Below, piece after piece: positions 36,418 through 55,910 of a DNA stretch of 64,000 nt. Both the position numbers and the translations under genes were made by a program. The notes beneath the pieces were generated by a model. That model made no database searches. It was not told the DNA's origin and worked only from the letters and a program-made list of their open reading frames with translations. The stretch covers positions 17,576,563 to 17,640,562 of the forward strand of contig OZ316894.1 of the NCBI GenBank assembly GCA_973895155.1. Reading direction: 5' to 3'. The stretch comes from Marsupella aquatica. Its lineage: Eukaryota > Plantae > Marchantiophyta. Within the stretch, counting starts at the first letter, position 1; each line of letters begins with the position of its first letter.

Positions 36418-38611
36418 GAACCTCAGCATCCTTTCGTACACCCCAATCCTTGAGATTGATTTCAGTAGCACACTCTTTCTTGAAATCCTGGTTGGACAAC
36501 AATCCATTCTCAACAAATCTCATGTGAATATAATTTACTCTCTGGATTGTCGTCCGGATTGTCGTCATCTGTTGTCGAAATTCAGAATCAATATTGTGAC
36601 TCCACGCCAGGTTTCTTGCCTCTTGCACACTCAATCCCGCAAATATCCAAGATTGCACTCTCCGAAATGCCTTGTTGTTAGGGAACTGAAGAGCAAGGTC
36701 TGCTTTGGCACAGGCTGAATGGTTGCCCCCAATCACATAATAATGGTAATCAGCTTTCCTTGAAAAATCAAAGTCTTGCCTAGTAGCACACTCCTTCGGA
36801 TCCACCAAGAGGACAAACGGAGCTGCAAGTGGACTGGCACCTACAGTCTTCATACGCAAGGTCAATTGGGTCAAGAAATATGGTTGGATGTGTCGGACCT
36901 GGTAAATGGGCAAGCCCACAGCCTTCTCTCTCACTGGAGGGTAAAGTTGACCAATGTCAACGGTCACGGTCTCCTCTTGAACACCACATCTTCCCAGAAT
37001 CTCCTCCTGGTACAATACCCGTGCATCCATTGACATTGATTGAGCCTTTTGCTCCAAATGCGTTGGAATTTTCTCCAAAGTCTTCTTTTTTGACTTTGGA
37101 GCACTGGGCTCGGTAGGCTCAGGAGTCATAGCAGGTCACTTCTTTGAAGAAATGCGAGTTCCAGTCGTACCTTGTGCCGACCCACCAGTCAAAGCCGTTC
37201 CCTAGGATGATCTGCCAACTTGAGATCCCCCTCCAGATGCTGCTGCTTCCTGGGAGGTTGTAGGCGCTACCACGGTCAAAATATCATCGGGTAAAATGCT
37301 AGGCCTGGATCCAGAAGGAACACCGGAAGCCCCAGATTTGGGTGGATGACTTACCCCCTTCTCTGCCGACCTTTTCCGGAGAATCTCTCTTGATTTTCGG
37401 ATTGCACTCTTTAAAGTGCTAGCGTGAAATTCAAACACAAAACCGGAAATCTTTCCTGCGACGTCGTGGTAACGTTCCTCACTCGAAAGAGACTTGACAG
37501 TCTCAATGATGCTATCGATGTCCTCATCGAGATAGCAGGTGGCAGCCGTTCCAGAAAACCTCTCCACATCCATGACAATCAAAGTTGATGTTTCCTTCGT
37601 TGTGATCAACATGTTCACAACTTCGTCGCCCCGTCAAAATACATCGATGCGGCCGTAATTTACCCACCTTAATGCCCCCGATGGAAGCCCCTCAAATACA
37701 CACAGCATTAGGAAGGGCTTCTTCCATGTTTCCGTCCCTAAGGAAATCATCCAGGATGAGTTGTGGAAGTCCGTCAAAGGATGGCGCGAAAAGATGTCAT
37801 CCACCAGCTCTTCTTGCGACATTGTCATGCTTTTGCCTGATCTTCAAACCTGAGAACATACCACAAAATCAGTCCACTTCAACCCCAATCTGCGAGACAA
37901 AGTGCCACAGAACCAAGGAATGTGCCAACAAATGGCTAAAGCCGTGTCCTTACGGATCTAACAATGCTCTCGGCCACCCCAGGACTCCTATCATGAATTC
38001 ATGAAGGGAGTCTCCCTCTCGCTCTGACCTTCATGAATTCATGAAGGGAGTCTCCTCTCTCTTTGCTTGTACACCTCGGTGATGCAGAAGGGTATTTAAA
38101 ATAGTGTTCGGAGGGGGGGGGGTGACGTGAAGAAATCACCCAGGGCCTAAATTACTACCTAAAACAGGGTCGAAATGAAGTGCGACCGCGACAACTCGCG
38201 ACACGTCGCCGATGAGTGCTGAAAATGGCACGAAATTGGACAACGAGATTGTTTTTCACTCTTTTACAAAGGAAATCCAAATGACATTGAGTGAAAATGA
38301 ATGGGCTGCCCCGTGTTCCTTGGTTATACATACTAATCACGGATCAGGCGCGACTTAGTAAAATTAACCCCGAATCATGATAAATCAATGTTTTCGGGCC
38401 AATTATTCATGAATATTTTGGGATATTAACGGGAAAAAGCTTGCAAATTTCATGAATATTTGATATTTTTGAAGTTAAAAAGTCCCAACAATCCGTGAAA
38501 AACTATAAATAGGCTCGTTTATTCATGACTCTTGGTCATTATTTTGAGAAGATTTGTTAGATTTTACTGATTTTCTGAGTTTCTTGTCAATTTGCACTAG
38601 TTTTTCCAATG

Positions 38612-40217
38612 GAACTCTCTTTACAGGAAATGGGTCACGAATTTACTCGACACAAATTTCAGATGCAGGTGCAGAAGGCCTTCCTCACGTGTCTACACGA
38701 GGAGAGTTGGTCAGGTTGTAAAACCAAGTACCCTGAGCATTGCACAGACAATGTGCTTAAGAATTTCGTACCTATTTTCCAGACATGGGTAAGATTCTGT
38801 CACCTTTCTTCGAATGATTGTTTGAATTCATTTAATATTTGGAATCCTTGTTTCTAATTCTATAGTTCCTTTTTGTAGAAAGATACCACCTCCCGGAAAA
38901 AGAAGGGAGATGAGGAAGGCAAAGATCTCAAGTCATTCCCGGACAAATTCAATGCGCATATTGTGCAAGCCCAAAATTGGCTATCCATGAAGACTTCTAG
39001 TCGGCAAACCCAAGAGGGGGAACTTCATCCAAATTCGTTTGAGCATCCAGAGTTTGGTGATGTGCACTATGATATTTTTACTCATGATGCTCAGCGATTA
39101 CATGAGGTGGTTCCGGGTCGGGCTTACACATTAGCTTTAGTGGATATTCCCTATGGGTTTGCATTGCCTGGATGTCTTCATGAAGACACTATTGGATGGG
39201 GAACTGAGGAGATCACAAAAATGGTCCAATCGTTCAAGGTGGCTACTACTGCAAAGTCAACTATTAGTTATTCATGATTTCATGAACCATGTTTCTAAGT
39301 TTAAATAACTCCTTGACTTTTTGTGACTTTTCAGGGTTAAGGATAATGTGAAGAATGCTGGCGGACCAAGATTGAACAACAACTTTGAGTGCTTTACAAT
39401 TGGCTTTCACAGCCAGGATGGTAAACGGTCATTGGAGCACTTCAATTTTGACACAAATGAATCAAGGAACAATGTGGTTGTATGCGCAGCTGTGACTAAG
39501 AAGCTAAAACACAACGGGGATAACAAGGCAGTGAATGTTTATCAGAAACCACGTGCATTGTTAGATTGGGAAGTGAGTCATTTTAGTCAGGTTGGAGACT
39601 GGGTTTTGGATATTTGTTCAGGATCAGGGACTGGGACAACCTCCTCCTTGGCCATGGGGAGACATTGCGTTGCCATTGAGATTGACGAGCGACAGAGCAG
39701 TGTGTTGAAAGGGAGGATTCTTAACCTTGCAGATAACATTGAAGAGGAAGACGGACAGGGGGAGATGGATGAGGAGAGTGAGGAAGACATTCCTCAGGCC
39801 GGAGAGGATAGCGTGGTTGACGATGCCACAATTGTTCCAGAATTGACGACAGGGACTTCCGGAACCGAGGAAGGGGAAGCGGTCCCTTTGGATTAGACTA
39901 GATAAATAGAGGGACTCGTAGCATTTGAAACCACTTGGGCTTAAGTTGGGTTATATTTTGTAAAACTTTGAGTTTGACTTAAACTCTGATCGATGAGTTT
40001 GATTTTGATTACTTTTATAAAGTGCATATTTCAAGGTTTATACAATTGTGAGAATATCATATAAGATATGCTTAGATTTTGGTGGTAAAATTCTCTTGAG
40101 TCTAGTTTGGAAAATACATACCATTTTTTGGTGGTTTTTTGGTATACACTTTTTAATATCATGAAGATTTTGAAAAGAGAAATAAGGCTTTGGACTCATC
40201 CCTTAAGGCTTCTTGTT
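38612..40217 (+). pseudogene. Inverted partial duplicate of the methyltransferase 3' half (right arm)
   Basis: Translations are almost identical to those of 30077-31488. A ~130-bp deletion at ~39256 removes an exon end and its splice donor. Confidence 0.92.
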
Positions 40218-41110
40218 CTTGTAGGAAATTGCATAGACCCTATGCGTTTGCGAAACTCGGTCCGCTCACCTCGTGTCAAAACCCAAGGAGGATGAATAGT
40301 AAGGGGGGCATTATCGGGATCCATAGATGGCCAAAAACCATGAGGGCCATGCATCCCCATCTCTTCACAACTCTCTCTCCAGTTGTTGTCTTTCTCTCCA
40401 TATAGGTGGCAAATCAAGGACCTCCCAACATTTCCCTCAAAGTGCATAGGGTCAAATAAATGGTTAAGTGGCATCTCAGCCCAATAAGGCAGTTGTGACA
40501 ATGCAGACAAACAAGTCATGCCACACCGGGCATACTGCAATGGGTCATCTGGATTAGATACTCTTTCCCATACCTCTTTCCAATATGCAGGATCTTTTGG
40601 AATAGGTTGTGGTCGTCTGTCTGGTTGGCCATCCTCAGTGTCATATAAAAAGGGGTCTCTCCTCCAATCATGGTCTGGAGGGAGGTACTTGGTGTGACCA
40701 ATATACACTTCTTCCTCAAGGTCTTTGACTTTGGCCGCGCTATTCCTTCCAAATCAGGTCCACAAGTTGGGCAAGCTCGATATCCTGATGTGGTCAGGCC
40801 AGAAATATATCCAAACCCTGCATATAAATATATATCCCATGCATAAGTAAATAAGTTTATTAAAAGATATATGTGCTCCTAGCTAACTCAATACATAACA
40901 AAGTATGCTAGGTACGGTTGCCTAGCTATGGGAAGGGATAATTTAACAAAGATTCATACCTGGAAGATCATGTATGGTCCACATAAGAATGGCCTTCAAC
41001 TTAAATTCTCGACGTAAGCCCCCCGTTTGCACTTGACCATCATAGCAATCCACACCCCTCCAAAGCTTTTGTAGCTCCTCAATCAATGGTTGCAAGTACG
41101 TACATCAATT
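40196..41110 (-). pseudogene. CACTA TnpD transposase, central part
   Basis: YLQPLIEELQKLW..LKAILMWTIHDLPG, intron 40959-40818, then FGYISGLTTSGYRACPTC..YIGHTKYLPPDH..QLPYW..HLFDPMHFEGNV. Confidence 0.9.
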
Positions 41111-42859
41111 TTTCTGATAGCAATACAGTGAATGGGTCAGGCACGACTTTTTGCATTCATTAGGGGTTCTGTCACCAGTAGGGGAGTTAAGTGAGACTTT
41201 CTGTTGGAGATCCTCTAGGGCTAGTTAAACCACAGTTGTCATTATATAAGGGCCTTGCCTCTAACCAGCCAGTGTTCATTTGCCCATGAACAGTAGGCCT
41301 GTCCTCCTGCACTCCCATCACTTCTCATCATAGGACCCATACTCTTAATACATTTTTGTGGTGATCTCTTAAAACTACGAACTGTTTTTAGTTGCTGTTT
41401 TTTCTGGAAGGTAGATCTACATAGTGAACAGCAGATTGCCCCCTATGACAAACGAGTGAGATACCACTGATACAAGAATATAGTAGGAGATGCTATTTTG
41501 TCTACATGACAATTGTACTACCTGTAAAATGGCTACTACAGGTTATTCAGAGTACTCTAATGTAAGGAACTTATGGTTCAAAACCTTGGTGAACCAATGA
41601 GTTGACGTTGATATTGAAAAGTTCCCAAATCTATGAAATGTTCTTTTGTGTACAGGATTGCTCATTACTAATTTGACTACCGGTTCCTTGAAAGTGAATA
41701 GAGGTGACAACAACAGAAGACATTGAAAGAAAAATCATTACTATTTCTCATTCATCTTTGCATCCTCACTTTCAGCTATTGGTTTCCCAGAGTCACTGTC
41801 TAACCATATTGATCCATGTTTTTTATCGGCACTCTCACTTTCAACTATGTCCTAAGAATCACAGTCGAGAGTCATCAATCTAGAAGATAGGATGACTCTA
41901 GAAAATAGGCCCCAGCAATTGCTTTTGATTGCCATCATATAGATATATAGATGTGAAATGAGTGATGCCTATACAATATTTGATTTGAGTACTACCAATC
42001 TTTTATGTGAATTTACTGTTGGTTTCCCAGAGTGCTTTATATGAGAACTGTATGTGACAGAAATGAGTATCAAATGCTACACGAAGTAATTTACATGGGC
42101 ACTGTAACTGAAATGAAATGAGTACTACATATTCCCAACTTACTTTCTATGGGAAATGTATGTGAAACGAGCACTATACCCAGAGAAATTCATATGTGAC
42201 CCGGAGTACTTTATATTGGAACTTGTTATTAAACCATCACTGGCCATATACAAGGAGAAATGTCCAAATTTTTTACCTTTTTCACATTCCTCTCCTCTAT
42301 AGTGAGACTTTTCACACAATTTCAGGAAAAAATACTAAAAATGGTGAAATCTATGGAACCAGGTTTTGTCATGGCTAGTGGCTCTTGAAAAGAAAGTAAA
42401 CCCATTATAAAAGAAAAGTAGACCCATTATAAAATACTCTGTCTTCATCCTTACTATGAAAAGGTAGACGGACTATTTACGGACCCCCATGAGAGAGGTC
42501 TCTTTCAAATTCCCTGCTTTCAAATTCCCTGCACGAGGTTGCGCCACATCATCACAACCAGTCACAAATAGGAAAGATCATATTTTTGAATGTAACAAAA
42601 GTGCACATTCATGTTGGATGCAAAAGCAATGTAATTTTTGGGGCGTCATGCCATAAGTATTAAGCGTAAAAAAAACCAGAATACAAAGAAAGAGATCTCA
42701 TATAGTAAAATAAAGTTACCATTCTCATGTTTGTCAATGATATATCAGTGTTTTACATCAAAATACTTGTATTTTTTAATTTCTTGCAAGTTTGAAAAAA
42801 CCAATCGATAGAAATGTACATATATAGTTAGAACCCCTTTGGCTCCACATTGTAAAACG

Positions 42860-43260
42860 AAATAATCAATCTCCTTAGTACTTGATGGAATCTGTCAATG
42901 TTTGATTCATTGGAAAGCTCAAGATCAAGATTTAGAAACTCATGACCTTTTTTAGTCTGTGCAGTCTTGATAAAATCTGTCAATGTCACACTCATTGGAA
43001 AGGTAGAGTAAAATTAGAAACTCATCATCTCCTTAGTACGGGACAAAATCTATCAATGTTAAGTTCATTGGAAAGCTAGAGAAATTCAGATACTCATGAT
43101 CTCTTTAGTAATGTAACAAAATTTGACATGAAATTTGTCAATTTTGGACTCAAGGTTGGAAAGCTAAAAGAATTCAAGAACTCATGATCAAAATTTCTTA
43201 TCAGTGTTAAGTTCATTGGAAAGGCAGAGAAATTCCAAAACTCATTCAAAACTTGACAAA
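42860..43260. repeat. Degenerate tandem array (TCATTGGAAAG..AGAAACTCAT units, ~70-85 bp)
   Basis: About five recurrences of (TCA)TTGGAAAG followed by A(A/T)ACTCAT. Confidence 0.7.
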
Positions 43261-43954
43261 ATTTATTTGAGGCTCATTGAAAACCCTTTCTCGATTAAGA
43301 GATGTCACAATCTCATCACCATCACAAACTTAATTAGCTGCTGCAAATTGATTTCTTCGATTATGTCAACATCGCTTGTCCGCAATGCTTGCTTCCCGGC
43401 TTGAATTGTTTGCGTCCCTTGTGTCTTCAACTGAAGCTCACTCTAAACACAAGTTAACATCAAATGCAGCCTCTATGTTGAAGAAACAATCGTTGGTCTT
43501 CCCCTCACACCATAGCTTTCTTACATTAAAAAAACTACAAAACTCTCATGTGAAGTGATGGCTTGTCCGTTTTGTGCATTCTTCCCACCGAAACGACAAA
43601 CACTCTTTTGCCAACAGTTGAGTGTTGTCCTCTAGTCTGTCTTGTGGCGGTAATGCTCAGACAACATAACTCACAAACGATCAATCAGGAATGGTAGAAA
43701 CACGATTTCTCCAATGTGTAAGTAAAAACTGTCAAACAATTCAATTCCTCCACATTCAACCTTCCATTTGATAAACCAGAGAGATAATCTCAACCAGATT
43801 GATCTCCTCTATCTTTTGAGTATTCTCTTGTCTACGAGCACACACCAAGATCACCGGGAGACTCAAAACCATCAATTACGGTCTTGCTAAAAATTGATTT
43901 CGCTTAATCACACACACATTCTTTGGATGAACATGGGGGTCCATGGATTAATTT

Positions 43955-46215
43955 ATAAAAGGCAGAATGAATAGTTTATATGGGAACTTGTTATGAAAAA
44001 AAGGCAGGCGGAGTATTTTAGAAAGGTATTTGTGCTAAAAACAAAAGGCAGACTTAGTGTTTTATATCAAACTTGCTACTTAAAAATGACAGACGGAGTA
44101 TAATATGAAGATATAATTGTGCTTAAAAAGAAAAGACAGACTGAGTAGTTTGTAAGGGAAGTTGTAATTAAGAAAACGGGCAGACAGAGTATTTTATGAA
44201 GGTACTTGTGCTTAAACAAAAGGGTAGGCTGAGTAGTTTGTAAGGGAACTTGTGGAATTAGCACAACCGGGCAATCAAATTATTGTCAGGCTGGACAGCC
44301 ACATTTAAAGCTATTACCAGCCCTCCGAACCCCATCACCTAATGTCCTATTAATGGGTTATTTCCCCCTCTCAACATAGTACTGTACTTATTTTGGTGTC
44401 TTTGGGGAGACAATGATCCAGAAGGGTTTAGGCCCCTGCGCATTTAGCTGATCTCTCAGTTTATTATTAAAAAAATGACAGACAGGAGTATTTTATAAGA
44501 ACTTGTGGTCGTGCTAGGGAGAGGGAATAGGTTATGAGGCCTTGTTATTCAAAAAAGGGCAGAAGGGGTATTTTATATTATTTAGGGGAACTTGTGGTTG
44601 GGAACGGAAAAAAAAGGCAGACAGAGTATTTTATAAGGGAACTTGTGCATAGAAAAAAAGGCAGACGGAGTATTTTATAAGGGAACTCATGCTTAGGAAA
44701 AAAAACAAGGTCCCGGCACCCCTCCAGGCACAGGGGTGTGAAGGGTATATTTGTGTGTGGGATGAATTTGTGGGTAGTGGATGGGAATTGAATTCTGACT
44801 GATTATCTTTTCAGCCTTGGTTGACGGCTTTGTGACCCTGATTTAATATTCTCTCCCTCCTGGTGCACGTCCTTCTCAAATCAATGGGGGCTCACCCTAA
44901 ATTGGGTTCCTTAATATATGTCACTATTGGGGTGGAGAGAGTCTAGTGAGTGTTCTTCCTCATTTCCTTTGAAGCCAAAACAGAAAACAGGCAGACTGAG
45001 TATTTTATAAGGGAACTTGTGCTTAGGAAAAAAAAGACAGGTGAAATATTAATCCACAAATGCCCCTATAGAGAGCTACGGGTTACCCCAATAGAGTGTG
45101 CAGGTTCAGGAATGTGCCAAGGTGGTGAGACATATTTATATGGGCAGGTGTGGTTTAAGTATAGGTGAACTTGTGCTCAGAAGGGCAAAAAGGGCAGACG
45201 AACAGCTCTTGGTGCACACAGCTAGGTCTTGCCCACACTTGTCAAAAACGTGTCTGACTATTGGGGAAAAAAAGGCGAGAAGACCAGTCAATTTTGAGAT
45301 GCTTTTTGCTTCTACAGTTGTCATGGTGTTGCGATGGTGTTGTGATGACCTGAATGCCACTCCGCAAGCTGCGAGGGATTTGCGATCAGTGTCTGTTTGC
45401 AACCGCCAGAATTCTAGAAATTGGGCACTTGTTTGGCTTTGCAAAAGAGCTGATAGTGTTGTAGCGACTGCATGTCTTGTGGGGACCAAAGGGCAAAGGC
45501 TAGAAACTTTCCGTCCCTTAAAGCTTGCAGGTCCCAACCTTCGGGGGCCTCATTCTAAATGGGGTCTCATATCATGCTCAACATTTTTAGCTAATAAACA
45601 CCCTAAAAAATAAGAACAAAAAGTGTTTAAAAGTGTTTTTCTATTTTCAAAATTCATTTCTAAAACACTATCTTTTCTTATAATTCTCAACATTGAATTT
45701 AAAAAAACCTAATATTCTTCTACAGAAATTTTAAAATATTTTGCTCAACCCAATAAACAAACAGTATATTTACTTTTGCATATGGGTAGAAAGTAAATAA
45801 GTGAATATCACGGGCCCAATCTTTGCTTTGCAAATAAACAAACCCTGCATAGTGCTGCCACTTCCCTACATAGTGCTGCCACTTCCCTACATAGTGCTGC
45901 CACTTCCCTGCATAGTGCACTCCATAATCCCTTGCAGTTTAACGACAAAGATGAGTGCCAAGAAAGAAGATTTTGTTGTTTTCAAGACGCAAGGGCAAAG
46001 GGCAGCATTCTGAAGGACAGATGACCACAAGTGTTCTTCCTCGTATCCTTTCAAGCCAGGGAAGAAAAAAAGAGAAAAGGGCTGACGGAGTATTTTATAA
46101 GGGAACTCAAGCCAGAAAAGAAAATAAGGGAAAAGGGCTGACGGAGTATTTTATAAGGGAACTTGTGGGTAGGGGAGAAAAAAAGGCAGACGTAGTATTA
46201 AATAGGTGAACTTGT
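43955..46215. repeat. Clustered ~43-bp repeat family (AAAAGGCAGACGGAGTATTTTATAAGGGAACTTGTGCT)
   Basis: More than a dozen degenerate same-orientation copies at ~43960-44255, 44475-44700, 44990 and 46080-46215. Confidence 0.8.
45848..45918. repeat. 21-bp tandem repeat (CATAGTGCTGCCACTTCCCTR) x3
   Basis: Visible directly. Confidence 0.9.
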
Positions 46216-46567
46216 GCTCTGGAAAAAAAAAAGGGGGCCGAGGGAGAGCTCTTGGTGCACACGGCTATGTCGTCTTCCAACACTCGTCACGAATGTGTCC
46301 GACTATCGGGGCGAAAAAGGCAAGAAGACCGGTTCCGAGGCTCATCAGCAAAAAAAGGACCTGGGTTTTGGATCCCATCGAGATCAATTACTCGGAAAGC
46401 CGCCATCCAGGGGAAGTCGAATCTCTAGCCTTTGCCTTTTCCTGTGAGGCCGCCTCGTCTTTCCCGTGAGGCTGCCCCATCCGATGAAACATGGTGGTCT
46501 CTCGATCGTCGACAGCGTTGCCACGGTCAACGTGCAATGCGTCTTTTGGCTACGACAGCCCCCTACT

Positions 46568-47064
46568 GGCGGATCGGTCCAGTATCGGGAGCACCAAACA
46601 AGGCACACCTTGGCTTCTCTCAGCCAGATCGAGGAATTCCCGATTCGTAGCATAGATGAATTCAGGTGTATGAATTTCGGTGGAGCAAAATGAATGTTGG
46701 GGCTGAATTTCGTTGAAGGACTTGTTAGCTAGCGATTTTGGAGACGGAGTGAGTAGACGTGACTGCAACTTACAGATGGGTTCTTGAAGAAGCTCGATCG
46801 AAGTTGATGCTCGAACCGGCGGATCGGTCCAGTATCGGGAGCACCAAACAAGGGACAGCTTGGCTTCTCTCAGCCAGATTGAGGAATTCCTGATTCACAG
46901 CATAGATTCAGGTGTATGAATTTCGGTGGAGCAAATGAATGTTGGGGCTGAATTTTGTTACAGGACTTGTTAGCGAGTGTAGTGATTTTGGAGACGGAGT
47001 CAGTAGACGTGACTGCAACTTACAAAGGGTTCTTGAAGAAGGTCGATCGAAGTTGATGTTCGAA
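46568..47064. repeat. ~250-bp tandem duplication immediately upstream of the receptor-kinase start codon
   Basis: GGCGGATCGGTCCAGTATCGGGAGCACCAAACAAGG at 46568 and 46818; identity continues to CGAAGTTGATG.TCGAA. Confidence 0.9.
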
Positions 47065-47099
47065 TTTCTGTGACAATTGGAGCGAAGGAAAGGAATGGG

Positions 47100-55910
<8,811 letters not shown>

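Larger units (their letters stand above)
30077..37828 (-). pseudogene. ParB/Srx-like domain + beta-class N6-adenine/N4-cytosine DNA methyltransferase fusion gene (exons 37828-36418 joined to 31742-31312; 31221-30743; 30638-30077)
   Basis: ParB-like YQVR..PFVLLV..YYVIGGNHS. MTase motifs in beta order: LALVDIPYG (DPPY-like), CVWVK..RL...FE, YQKP.ALL, GDWVLDICSGSGT, GRHCVAIEID. Removing the insertion restores KDAEVL-NANDNLF in frame, and two GT-AG introns keep the frame. Three in-frame stops at 37634, 37202 and 37136. Confidence 0.85.

Noticed and set aside
38595-38610. CACTAG as an element terminus beside the right arm
   Set aside because: No partner terminus, TSD or downstream subterminal repeats.
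29756-40217. Inverted arms as TIRs of one giant element, or as DIRS inverted LTRs
   Set aside because: The arms are the 3' half of a gene and begin mid-exon. No TSD, RT or tyrosine recombinase between them.
43955-44700. CRISPR-like repeat array
   Set aside because: Units are degenerate and mostly abut without unique fixed-length spacers; no cas genes; eukaryotic context.
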